Below are positions 20,711-31,167 of a DNA stretch of 64,000 bases, in pieces. The notes beneath the pieces are model-generated. The model was not told the DNA's origin. It saw nothing but the letters and a program-made list of their open reading frames with translations, and ran no database searches. The stretch's first letter is position 1. The number at the start of each line of letters is the position of its first letter. A program made the position numbers and the translations under genes. This stretch comes from an uncultured Aquiluna sp. (GTDB lineage: Bacteria > Actinomycetota > Actinomycetes > Actinomycetales > Microbacteriaceae): NCBI GenBank assembly GCA_913775595.1, contig CAJYLB010000001.1:1129135-1193134 (forward strand). Reading direction: 5' to 3'.

Positions 20711-21916
20711 GTGCAGCGCACAATCGCGCCTTTCATACTCACCCAGTTTGCATCGATCACTAGCGTGATCTCTGGGTCGATGGTGTTTATCGCCATACCC
20801 TGGATAGCTTTGGAGCTGGCGGGATCTGCCGCAACGAGCGGCCTGGTTGTTGCGATAACGGGTATTCCAGGCCTTCTCTTTGCGCCGTTTATAGGGTCGG
20901 TTATCGATCGCTTCGGACGCAAGCGCACTGCGGTTTGGATTGAGTTTCTGACTGCATTCACGGCACTGTTGATTCCACTGACCGATTGGGCCCTCGGCCT
21001 GACAATTCCGCTCTTGATAGCGATTGGCGTTGCCCGTGGTGTTGTTGCACCGGGCGGTGCAACGGCTAGAAAGTCTCTGGTCCCTGACGTTGCCGAGCCT
21101 GCTCAGATGACCCTGGATAGGGCGAATTCAATTCACGAGGCAATCTTCGCTGCCGGCTTTGCAATTGGGCCGGCGCTCGCAACCTTCTTTATTGCCCTAA
21201 TCGGTTCAACGAACACTTTCTATGTTGTTGCTTTGATGGGCTTTCTATCCGCTTTGTTTGCATCACTGGTTTTTGTCATCGAGAAGCATGAGGCAAACGA
21301 TGACTCTGAGAAAGAGCCGTTCTTTGTCTATGCTCTGCAGGGGTTCAAGATTCTGTTCTCGAATCCTGCTGTCTTTGTGATGATGGCGGCCATCATGGTT
21401 CTGGCGGTTATTTACCTGCCAACCGAGATGGTGGTTCTGCCAGCACACTTCACCGCTCTTGGTGATCCCGAGGGTCTCGGTCTGGTCATCTCGGCTGGTG
21501 CCGGGGCATCGGTGATTGGAGCCCTTGGGTTTGAGAGGCTACACAAGCGATTTAGCTATGCCACCATTTTGCGCTTTGCAATCTTGGGCATCGGGATTTC
21601 GATGTTCCCTTTGAGCTTCTTGCCCCCCGTTCCGCTAATGGTCGTGTTCTTTTTCTTCCTTGGTCTTGCCTGGGGACCCTTGTTGCCGCTGTTGAACACC
21701 GTGATCCAAAAGAAAATCCCGGCAAATAAGCGCGGCCGAGTCTTTGCCCTCGAGATGACTATCTGGCATGCGGGCCCGCTGATTTCGATGTACGCGGTCG
21801 GAACCGCGGTGGATGCCTTTGGCGTTGGCCCCGTTTACCTCCTGCTTGCCGCTGGAGTATTTGCGGCTGCACTGTTGGTTTCATTCAACCGCTACATAGG
21901 GCAGCTCAACAGCTAA
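20711..21916 (+). CDS. MFS transporter (DHA3-like)
   Basis: GSVIDRFGRKR motif A; about 12 TMs. Confidence 0.85.
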   Translation: MQRTIAPFILTQFASITSVISGSMVFIAIPWIALELAGSAATSGLVVAITGIPGLLFAPFIGSVIDRFGRKRTAVWIEFLTAFTALLIPLTDWALGLTIPLLIAIGVARGVVAPGGATARKSLVPDVAEPAQMTLDRANSIHEAIFAAGFAIGPALATFFIALIGSTNTFYVVALMGFLSALFASLVFVIEKHEANDDSEKEPFFVYALQGFKILFSNPAVFVMMAAIMVLAVIYLPTEMVVLPAHFTALGDPEGLGLVISAGAGASVIGALGFERLHKRFSYATILRFAILGIGISMFPLSFLPPVPLMVVFFFFLGLAWGPLLPLLNTVIQKKIPANKRGRVFALEMTIWHAGPLISMYAVGTAVDAFGVGPVYLLLAAGVFAAALLVSFNRYIGQLNS

Positions 21917-21942
21917 GAAATCTAGGCAATACGCTTTAGGTT

Positions 21943-22599
21943 GTGAGCGAGACGACACCCGAGCCTAAGGCCCAGCCAACATGGGGAGTTGGTCCCTATG
22001 AGGGTGACCCAACTAGCCACCCTGACTATTCAAAATTCGACCCTGAGCTATTGGCAAGTGGCGACACAAGAAACGTCGTGGACCGCTATCGCTACTGGAA
22101 GATGGAAGAAATTGTTGCCGAGCTTGACGGCAGGCGGCATCCCTTTCACGTAGCCATTGAGAATTGGCAGCACGATCTAAACATCGGCTCGATAGTGCGA
22201 AATGCCAATGCTTTTTTGGCCCAAGAGGTCCACATAGTTGGAAACAAGCGTTGGAACCGTCGAGGCGCAATGGTGACCGATAGGTATCAGCACGTAACTC
22301 ACCACCCCACAATCGAGGACCTCATTGACTGGGCCAGCACGGCAGCAGAGGGCGGCAAGAAGCTTCCGATAATTGCAATCGACAACGTGCCGGGCTGTAA
22401 GCAGCTAGAAAAGTATCAACTTCCCAAGGAGTGTCTACTGCTTTTTGGCCAGGAGGGGCCGGGCCTCTCTCAAGCAGCCCTCGATGCCGCAGATGTGGTG
22501 TTGGAAATCACCCAGTTTGGCTCAACCAGAAGCATAAATGCCTCTGCAGCAGCCGCCATAACTATGCACACCTGGGTAATGCAGCACGTTTTTAGTTAG
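21943..22599 (+). CDS. TrmH/SpoU family RNA methyltransferase
   Basis: NIGSIVRNAN, FGQEGPGL, GSTRSINAS. Confidence 0.9.
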   Translation: MSETTPEPKAQPTWGVGPYEGDPTSHPDYSKFDPELLASGDTRNVVDRYRYWKMEEIVAELDGRRHPFHVAIENWQHDLNIGSIVRNANAFLAQEVHIVGNKRWNRRGAMVTDRYQHVTHHPTIEDLIDWASTAAEGGKKLPIIAIDNVPGCKQLEKYQLPKECLLLFGQEGPGLSQAALDAADVVLEITQFGSTRSINASAAAAITMHTWVMQHVFS

Positions 22600-22615
22600 A
22601 CTTTGGGAGGGCTGA

Positions 22616-23935
<1,320 letters not shown>

Positions 23936-23976
23936 AAAAGTAACTCAGAGCAAATCTCTGCAGGGAGAATAGCCAG

Positions 23977-24546
23977 ATGAGTGACGCAAAACCAGAAGAG
24001 CTCGAGGGCATCCCATACCCGGATGAGGCCTTCAACACCTGGGGTGCTGCGGCCGTAGGCGTAGATCCTCTAGCCGCCAGCTTTACGTCGCTTCCCTACC
24101 AGCCAGTCAGGCCACACGTCCCCTTTTATCGTTTCGTTGCCTATCCAGACATCCTTGACCTTCGTAAAGCTGGCTACGAAATAGACAGATTCATCCCGCT
24201 CTTTGATCAGCTCGAGGACATTCGCTATCGCGAGGCGCTCCAGCTGAGTCAGATGCTGCACCACCCAAACCCGATGCTCCCTTGGAACCCAAGGCGCGCG
24301 CGAGAACTCGAGATGGATGTTAGAAGCCAGCTTCACGAGCATGGCCTCGGAGATTTGCCAACCCTGCTGAGGAGGTTCTTAGGCAAGGCATTTCCAGGGG
24401 ACACCATCAGTTATTTGAGCATTGACCTTGTGAACGTGTTTTTCTGGGCGGCGATAGCTGAGCTTGCCGACGATCTTGCGTGGAAGGCCCCAAACCTTGC
24501 CTGGCAAGCTGAGTATCTGAGGTTCCCGCTAAGGGCAATCAGCTAG
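23977..24546 (+). CDS. Hypothetical protein
   Basis: 189-aa ORF filling the gap; no family recognised. Confidence 0.6.
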   Translation: MSDAKPEELEGIPYPDEAFNTWGAAAVGVDPLAASFTSLPYQPVRPHVPFYRFVAYPDILDLRKAGYEIDRFIPLFDQLEDIRYREALQLSQMLHHPNPMLPWNPRRARELEMDVRSQLHEHGLGDLPTLLRRFLGKAFPGDTISYLSIDLVNVFFWAAIAELADDLAWKAPNLAWQAEYLRFPLRAIS

Positions 24547-24582
24547 CAGCTCAATAGACTCGCTTGTTGAAAGGATGTCAAC

Positions 24583-25242
24583 GTGGCAAGTTTTCGCGAA
24601 ATGCTCGGCAAGCTCTTTGATCGGGTCGAGTTCCTCTACATGGTTCTTGGATTCGGCTATCTGGGCATTTACTCGGTGCAGGTCCTGGTCGAACCACCTG
24701 CAGACATTTACGCCTCGCTCGAGCTTGTGGCGGAAGTTATTTTCTGGATTTTTGCCGTTGATGTCGTCTTGAGAATCATTCACGCAGGAGGCGAGCTTCT
24801 CACCTGGAAAGGTGCGCTTGAGTTTTTGAGGGAAAATTGGTTTGCCCTTCTTGCACTCTTGCTTCCAGCCTTCAGGAGCCTTCGGGTGCTGAGGGTGATA
24901 GTTGTCCTTAGGGGCCTTGAGCCCTACCTAAATACTCGCTCGTCCAGGGTTGGAATGATCGTTGGTGTTACCTTCCCCCTCATTCTTTACACAGCGGCGC
25001 TCTCGATATTCGAGGCGGAGAGATATGCCGACGGTTCTAACATTCAGTCCTTTGGTGATGCTGTTTGGTGGTCAATCGCCTCGGTCACGACCGTCGGCTA
25101 TGGAGATAAGTTCCCTGTCACGGCAGATGGCAGGGTAATTGCAACCTTCTTGATGGTGATTGGCATTGGATTGTTCTCGGCCTTGACCGCACTCCTCGCA
25201 GCCTGGGTAATGGGAGATCGAAAGAAGGAGTCGCAGGGTTAG
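24583..25242 (+). CDS. Potassium channel (6TM, voltage-sensor-like)
   Basis: TTVGYGD filter; S4-like FRSLRVLRVIVVLRG. Confidence 0.9.
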   Translation: MASFREMLGKLFDRVEFLYMVLGFGYLGIYSVQVLVEPPADIYASLELVAEVIFWIFAVDVVLRIIHAGGELLTWKGALEFLRENWFALLALLLPAFRSLRVLRVIVVLRGLEPYLNTRSSRVGMIVGVTFPLILYTAALSIFEAERYADGSNIQSFGDAVWWSIASVTTVGYGDKFPVTADGRVIATFLMVIGIGLFSALTALLAAWVMGDRKKESQG

Positions 25243-25251
25243 GCTGGGTTT

Positions 25252-25608
25252 ATGAGCGAATGGACAGTAAAAGTACCGGGAAACGAACACCACCTATCAA
25301 CCGAGGAGCTAAAGCTCTGGGCTGAGGGCGGAAAAATCAAAGGCGACACGATTGTGGTCGATGCTCGTGGTGAGCACTGGACCGCCAAGCAGATTCCCGG
25401 AGTGTTTTCAAAGCGCGATTGGCTGGTAACACTCCTGCTTTCGGTGTTTGTCGGAACCTTTGGAATCGACCGCTTTTACCTTGGCAAGATCGGAACCGGA
25501 GTTCTCAAGCTTCTCACCTTCGGAGGCTTCGGTGTTTGGTCGATCATCGACATTGTCTTGGTGGCAATCAAGAAGCTAAACGACAAAGAGGGCTACAAGC
25601 TCGCCTAG
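25252..25608 (+). CDS. TM2 domain protein with small N-terminal soluble domain
   Basis: GTFGIDRFYLGK...KLLTFGGFGVWSIID. Confidence 0.85.
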   Translation: MSEWTVKVPGNEHHLSTEELKLWAEGGKIKGDTIVVDARGEHWTAKQIPGVFSKRDWLVTLLLSVFVGTFGIDRFYLGKIGTGVLKLLTFGGFGVWSIIDIVLVAIKKLNDKEGYKLA

Positions 25609-25988
25609 CAGCTAGGTATCAGAAGCTTTTTCAGAGCTGGAATGTCTGGCTCAGCCCAATCAAGCTTGCTCAGCTCGCTTTCTTTCACCCAGCGCAGTTC
25701 GCTGTGATCGGTTGATGTTGTTGGTTTTTCGCCTTCTAGCAAGGCGACAAAGCACACCAGTTCAATATCGCCTGTCGTGCTGCGGTCAAACTGTCGGATA
25801 ACTGCGATCTCAACGCCGAGCTCTTCTTTGATCTCTCGATAGAGCGCTTCTTGTAGGGACTCACCCTGCTCTGGCTTACCCCCTGGAAACTCCCACTTGC
25901 CGGCGGCCTGCTTATGGGGGGCCCGTTTGCAGCAGAGGTAGTTGTCCTCTCTGTCTTGAATTATTGCGGCGACAACTAGCGTGGGCAT
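25605..25988 (-). CDS. NUDIX hydrolase (MutT/NudG-like)
   Basis: WEFPGGKPEQGESLQEALYREIKEELG Nudix box. Confidence 0.9.
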   Translation of the reverse strand: MPTLVVAAIIQDREDNYLCCKRAPHKQAAGKWEFPGGKPEQGESLQEALYREIKEELGVEIAVIRQFDRSTTGDIELVCFVALLEGEKPTTSTDHSELRWVKESELSKLDWAEPDIPALKKLLIPSC

Positions 25989-25997
25989 GAGCCCAGA

Positions 25998-26480
25998 TTA
26001 GCCCTGGAGGTTCGCTTCTATCGCTTCGATGATCTCTGGAGCGTCGGGCCTTACAGTGGGGCGGAAGCGCATTGCCCTGCCATCGGGGAGCAATAGAAAC
26101 TTTTCGAAGTTCCACATCACAGGACCTGCGAGGCCTTTCGAGTCTTTGATTTTGACCAGTTCTTTGTAGAGGTCGTGTCGCTTGCGTCCATTGACATCGG
26201 TTTTCTCTGTCATGGGAAAGGTGATTCCCCAGGTGCTGGAGCAGTACTCCCCAATCGCGGCCTCATCTTTGAGCTCCTGCTTGAACGAGCCAGAGGGGAC
26301 CCCGAGGACAGTAAAGCCGCGGTCCTGATACTTTTTCTGAAGCTCCTCCAAAGCCTCGTATTGAGGTGAAAGGCCGCAGCGAGATGCCACGTTCACAACC
26401 AGCACGACCTTGCCAGCGAAGTCAGAGAGCGACCTCGAAGACCCATCGAGCATGGTGAGCGATATCTCTTTTGTAAGCAT
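25998..26480 (-). CDS. Glutathione peroxidase family protein (Cys type; probable mycothiol/thioredoxin peroxidase)
   Basis: NVASRCG, WNFEKFL; start uncertain (26480 ATG or 26498 TTG). Confidence 0.88.
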   Translation of the reverse strand: MLTKEISLTMLDGSSRSLSDFAGKVVLVVNVASRCGLSPQYEALEELQKKYQDRGFTVLGVPSGSFKQELKDEAAIGEYCSSTWGITFPMTEKTDVNGRKRHDLYKELVKIKDSKGLAGPVMWNFEKFLLLPDGRAMRFRPTVRPDAPEIIEAIEANLQG

Positions 26481-26526
26481 GCGAAGAAGAACAGCCAAGG
26501 GCTGCAGATAATTTCAAAGAGTTTGG

Positions 26527-27174
26527 CTAGCTTGTGCGCAAGAGCTTCATCGCCCCAAGCCGCAAACCCAAGACGATGAACCCAAGCGAGATAAATCCTC
26601 CTGCGATGAGCAAGATGTAGGTAATCATTCCAACTACGCCACCCTCGCTGCTTGGGTTGATAAACCAGTATGGCCACCAGCCATCCGCGAGTCCGCGAAT
26701 GATGGAAAGAAATAGCCAGATAAGCGGATAGACAACGACCCAGAGCGCTTTTCTTAGCTTGGGTTTTGCGCCTCTGATTGAAAGCAGGTAATCAACTGCG
26801 ATGGCAATTGGAGCCCAAGTGTGGATGACAAGGTTTGGAATTCTTGGCCACTCATAGCCGATGTCCTCTGGCGCAACTGCGGAGTCGCCAAGAAGCGCGT
26901 GGTAGACAACTCCGACGATGATCATCGAGACGGTCACTATGAGTCTGAGGATGTTTTGCCGGTCGGTTTCTGCTTTTCCCTGCAGCAGCCAGATGCCGCT
27001 TAGCAGCACCACAATCCCGGCAAAGATCGAGCTGTCAATTGAGAAGAATGCAAAGTATTCAAAGGGCCTAAAGCGGTCGACCCTGATGCGATCCGCTACC
27101 TGCCAGACAACACTGCCTAGAAGGGAGAGTCCGAGTAGAGCTCTGAACACTCCAAATGCGCTCCTGTAAAGCAT
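26527..27174 (-). CDS. Pr6Pr / FAR-17a-AIG1-like membrane protein
   Basis: Six TMs, YFAFFS, VYHALL, IHTWAP, WWPYWFINP. Confidence 0.75.
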   Translation of the reverse strand: MLYRSAFGVFRALLGLSLLGSVVWQVADRIRVDRFRPFEYFAFFSIDSSIFAGIVVLLSGIWLLQGKAETDRQNILRLIVTVSMIIVGVVYHALLGDSAVAPEDIGYEWPRIPNLVIHTWAPIAIAVDYLLSIRGAKPKLRKALWVVVYPLIWLFLSIIRGLADGWWPYWFINPSSEGGVVGMITYILLIAGGFISLGFIVLGLRLGAMKLLRTS

Positions 27175-27175
27175 C

Positions 27176-28141
27176 CTATGAGCCTAGGGCCAAGAGGAAC
27201 TTTGCAACGGCATTGGCAAACTCGGTGGGTTTTTCTTCATTGGGGAGGTGACCGGTCTGCGGGATAACCACGAGCTCCGCGCCCATTATTTTGGCCACCT
27301 CGATGGAGTCTTCTGTTGCCACTATCTCGTCGGTATCGCCGGTGATTACGAGGGTGGGGATGGTTATCTCTGTAAGCCGCTCGCCAATAGTCCTGTCTCG
27401 TGGGGCTTTATTAAACTCCCAGAACGCTCGCTCCCAACCAATAACTTCAAGCGGTGCGGTGTAGCCCTTTAGGGTTTCATCGGTGACGGCGCTCTCGTCG
27501 AAGTAGCTGGCATAGAGGATGTCGAGGCCGCTGGTGGCAATTGTTGATACGAGCAGTGGACCTAGGTGGTCTAGTTGTGGGATGTCATAGATCCAATTGA
27601 TGCCGCTCGGTCCGCCACCACCCGATAGCACGGCAGGCGCAAATAGCACTAGGCCTGCCAGCTTGTCTTGGTGCTTGGCTGCGTAGCTTGCGGCGATCGA
27701 ACCCCCAGCGGAGTGGCCGACCACAAAGACGTCTTTCCCTTGACCGAATAGTTCAATTAGCTCATCCAGTACTTGAAGCTGACCGGGGGTGCCATAGGGG
27801 TTTGTTTCCCAATCAGTTGGTCTTTCAGTAAAACCAAATGCGGCACGGTCGTAGGCAATCACATGCCCAACCTCGCCAAGAATCTCGAGGTTGCCTTTAT
27901 ACGAGAATGCGCTCGCCCCAAAGCCGTGGAGAAGCACGATAAGGCGCTCAGAGCCTCGGTCTCCTGCCTCAACGAAGTGCACCTGGTGACCTGCAACCTC
28001 AACAAACTTTGACTGCCCATTCCAGAGGTTCGCAGCTGCCTCTTCCTTGGTGAGGGTGCCGGAGGTATTTACAGGTATCAGAAACGGGACGACAAGGATT
28101 GCTCCCAGAACAACGAGCAAAATAACGCGCAGTTTCTTCAC
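27176..28141 (-). CDS. Membrane-anchored/secreted alpha/beta hydrolase
   Basis: N-terminal hydrophobic anchor, HGFG, GHSAGG, GDTD, GHLP. Confidence 0.85.
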   Translation of the reverse strand: MKKLRVILLVVLGAILVVPFLIPVNTSGTLTKEEAAANLWNGQSKFVEVAGHQVHFVEAGDRGSERLIVLLHGFGASAFSYKGNLEILGEVGHVIAYDRAAFGFTERPTDWETNPYGTPGQLQVLDELIELFGQGKDVFVVGHSAGGSIAASYAAKHQDKLAGLVLFAPAVLSGGGGPSGINWIYDIPQLDHLGPLLVSTIATSGLDILYASYFDESAVTDETLKGYTAPLEVIGWERAFWEFNKAPRDRTIGERLTEITIPTLVITGDTDEIVATEDSIEVAKIMGAELVVIPQTGHLPNEEKPTEFANAVAKFLLALGS

Positions 28142-28205
28142 GCTGTCCTAAACCGCTCGCCGGTTGTTTTGGTTCCCTTAGGCTGGTGAGGTTCAAAGGA
28201 GATCG

Positions 28206-29249
28206 ATGTCAAAGGCAAAAGCAATCATCACAACAGCACCCGGTGCAAAGTTTGAAAAAGGAGAGGTGCCCACAAGGCCATTAGGCCCCGAGATGGTTGC
28301 CATCGACATCAAGTACTCAGGCATTTGCCACAGCGATATTCACCAGGCGAGAGACGAGTGGTTTGAGGGAACCTACCCAATGGTCCCGGGCCACGAAATT
28401 GTCGGGTTGGTGACTGCCGTTGGTGAAAGCGTGAAGAATTTCAAGCCTGGAGATCGGGTGGGGGTTGGCACTTTCGTGGACTCCTGTCGGACCTGCGAGC
28501 CCTGCGCAAGTGGCAATGAAAACTTCTGCCGCACCGGAAATGTGCAGACCTACAACGGTCATCACTACGACGGTGAGCCAAGTTATGGGGGCTACGCAAC
28601 CGCGATTGTGGTCGATCAAAACTATGTCCTGAGGGTTCCCGAAAACATCGACTTTGCAGCAAGTGCGCCGCTGCTGTGTGCGGGGGTCACTGTCTACACC
28701 CCCCTAAAGCACTGGAAAGCGGGCCCAGGCATGAAGGTGGGTGTCATGGGCCTTGGCGGGCTTGGCCACCTAGCCGTGAAGCTCGCTGTCGCCATGGGTG
28801 CCGAGGTCTATGTCCTAGGCCACTCAGCCGCAAAGGCAGAAGATGCCAAGCGGATGGGTGCACTTGAGTACCTGATGACAAGTGAGATCTATGAGTCACA
28901 CAAAAACTTCTTTCACCTAATCCTGAACACCACAAGTGCAGACCTTGATCTTGACCCCCTGCTTGGGACTTTGAGAGTTGGCGGGACCCTCGTCTACCTG
29001 GGACTTTCGGGCAATCCTCAAAGCTTCAATGCCGGAGGGCTAGTTACGAGCCTGAGGTCGATAGCTGGGATCAACACCGGAAACATCGCAGATACGCAAG
29101 AGATGCTCGACCTATGCGGAGAAAAGAACATCGTTAGCGACATCGAACTTTTGGATGCTACGGAGGCATCGGCTGTTGACGGAGCCTACGAAAGAGTTGT
29201 CAATTCTGACGTGCGCTACCGCTTCGTAATCGATGCGGCCACAATCTAA
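28206..29249 (+). CDS. Zn-dependent NAD(P) alcohol dehydrogenase (CAD/YahK-like)
   Basis: GICHSD, GHEIVG, CRTCEPC..C, GLGGLG, VRYRFVID. Confidence 0.92.
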   Translation: MSKAKAIITTAPGAKFEKGEVPTRPLGPEMVAIDIKYSGICHSDIHQARDEWFEGTYPMVPGHEIVGLVTAVGESVKNFKPGDRVGVGTFVDSCRTCEPCASGNENFCRTGNVQTYNGHHYDGEPSYGGYATAIVVDQNYVLRVPENIDFAASAPLLCAGVTVYTPLKHWKAGPGMKVGVMGLGGLGHLAVKLAVAMGAEVYVLGHSAAKAEDAKRMGALEYLMTSEIYESHKNFFHLILNTTSADLDLDPLLGTLRVGGTLVYLGLSGNPQSFNAGGLVTSLRSIAGINTGNIADTQEMLDLCGEKNIVSDIELLDATEASAVDGAYERVVNSDVRYRFVIDAATI

Positions 29250-29261
29250 GACAGGAGAAAC

Positions 29262-30221
29262 ATGAGAACACGGCGACTGGGGACTAGAGAGGTCTCCGCA
29301 ATCGGAATCGGTTGCATGAACGTATCTTGGATTTGGTCAAACGGTGCTGCACTAGACCCAGTGCGCAGGGCTGAGGAGGCCATACCGGCAATTCACGCTG
29401 GCCTCGATGCCGGGATTACATTTTTAGATACTGCAGATATTTATGCCCCCACCTGGGATGCGATGGGTCACAACGAGGAGTTTGTGGCTGAGGCACTGAG
29501 GACCTGGAGTGGCTCCAAGGAGCAAAAAGACAAGGTCGTAATCGCCACCAAGGGCGGCATCACACGCAGCGAAGGTGAGAGTTGGGGTAGGAACGGAAGC
29601 CTTGATTACTTGCTCGCTGCCACCGAGAAGTCAATGAAAGCTCTTGGCGTCGACAAGATCGACCTTTGGCAGCACCACAGGCTAGACCCGAGTATTGACT
29701 TTGAAACTCAGTTTGAAAACGTTTTAGAGTTGAAGATCCGGGGACTGGTTGACCAAATTGGTGTCTCAAACTACGACGCACAGCAGCTCAGGGTCGCCCT
29801 CGACATCGCCGGCACCCCGGCCGAGGGCGGAGTGGTCTCGATACAAAACGAGTTCTCTCCCCGCTACCGTCACGATCTTGATGTGCTGGAGGTGTGTGAA
29901 GAGCACGAGATAACCTTCCTGCCCTGGTCACCGCTCGGGGGAGTGAGGACCAAGAGTCAGATTTCCTCCAGCTCTGCTTTTGAAGAGGTCGCCGCAAAGC
30001 TTGGCGTTAGCCCTTTTGCCCTGGCACTGGCTTGGGAGATGAAGTATTCGCCTGCAGTGCTGCCAATTCCAGGTGCGACTAGGGCAGAAAGCGTTCTCGA
30101 TTGCGTGAGCGCTTTAGACATCAAGCTCAGCGATGAGGACTTTGCATACCTAAGCGGAAATCTTCCTGAACAGGCGGATTACTCGACAGAGCTGACACCC
30201 AAGCCGGAATACCGGTCCTAG
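29262..30221 (+). CDS. Aldo/keto reductase
   Basis: DTADIY, IATKGG, IGVSN, PWSPLGG, PIPG. Confidence 0.9.
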   Translation: MRTRRLGTREVSAIGIGCMNVSWIWSNGAALDPVRRAEEAIPAIHAGLDAGITFLDTADIYAPTWDAMGHNEEFVAEALRTWSGSKEQKDKVVIATKGGITRSEGESWGRNGSLDYLLAATEKSMKALGVDKIDLWQHHRLDPSIDFETQFENVLELKIRGLVDQIGVSNYDAQQLRVALDIAGTPAEGGVVSIQNEFSPRYRHDLDVLEVCEEHEITFLPWSPLGGVRTKSQISSSSAFEEVAAKLGVSPFALALAWEMKYSPAVLPIPGATRAESVLDCVSALDIKLSDEDFAYLSGNLPEQADYSTELTPKPEYRS

Positions 30222-31126
30222 CCAATCTCCTGAAGGCGTTTGCCTCTGACATGTTCAGGCCTGCACTCAAGGTTTGCTTGGTCCTCGTTGCAGGAGTCAC
30301 AAAGCAGTACCAAATCCTTGCAACCAGGTCTTGAGCAGTCTCTGTAGGTAGATGCCGGACCATTACAGGCATCGCACTTGCCAAGAGTCTTGGCTTCATC
30401 GGAAAAGTTGATGTTCATTCTCGAATCAAATACATAGAGCGAGCCCTCCCAAAGGCCCCTGTCTCTATAACGCTCGCCATAGCGAACGATGCCACCTTCA
30501 ATCTGGTAAACCTCTTTGAAACCTCGATTGAGCATGACTGCGCTGAGAATCTCGCAGCGGATGCCGCCCGTGCAGTAGGTGACTATTGGCTTGTCCTTCA
30601 GGTGGTCGTACTTGCCACTTTCTAGCTCGTCAATGAAGTCGTGCGTGGTCTGAACGTCAGGCACGACTGCATTCTTGAATTTTCCAATCCTCGCCTCAAA
30701 TGCGTTACGGCCGTCAAAGAACACGACTTCGTCGCCACGCTCTTCAACCAGCCTGTTGACCTCTGCCGGCTTTAGGTGCTTGCCGCCATTTTGAATTCCA
30801 GACTCCCCTACAACAATCTCATTGGGGTTTGTGAACGCTACGAGCTCCTTGCGAACCTTCACGCTCAGTCTTGCAAATTCATCTCCATTGCCACCCGACC
30901 ATTTGAAGTCAGTCTTGCCAAAGCCTGGATACTCACGAGTCGCCTTGACGTACTTTTTTAGAGTGTTCATGTCGCCACCAAGCGTGCCGTTGATTCCGTG
31001 CTCCGAGATCAGAATGCGACCTTTCAGGCCCAATGACTGGCAGAGCGTCCGTTGCCATAGCATCACAGCCTGAGGGTCACCTACGGGCGCAAAGGCGTAG
31101 TAGAGAATGATTTTGTTCACTTCCAC
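30218..31126 (-). CDS. trhO: Rhodanese-domain tRNA uridine(34) hydroxylase (YceA family)
   Basis: [30 protein letters not shown]-terminal Cys cluster. Confidence 0.85.
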   Translation of the reverse strand: MEVNKIILYYAFAPVGDPQAVMLWQRTLCQSLGLKGRILISEHGINGTLGGDMNTLKKYVKATREYPGFGKTDFKWSGGNGDEFARLSVKVRKELVAFTNPNEIVVGESGIQNGGKHLKPAEVNRLVEERGDEVVFFDGRNAFEARIGKFKNAVVPDVQTTHDFIDELESGKYDHLKDKPIVTYCTGGIRCEILSAVMLNRGFKEVYQIEGGIVRYGERYRDRGLWEGSLYVFDSRMNINFSDEAKTLGKCDACNGPASTYRDCSRPGCKDLVLLCDSCNEDQANLECRPEHVRGKRLQEIG

Positions 31127-31167
31127 CCCGACATTTTAGCGAAGCCAAGTTTGCTTAGACTAGGGGT

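Noticed and set aside
25998..26498. Selenocysteine-type glutathione peroxidase
   Set aside because: The active-site codon is Cys (NVASRCG); no in-frame TGA.
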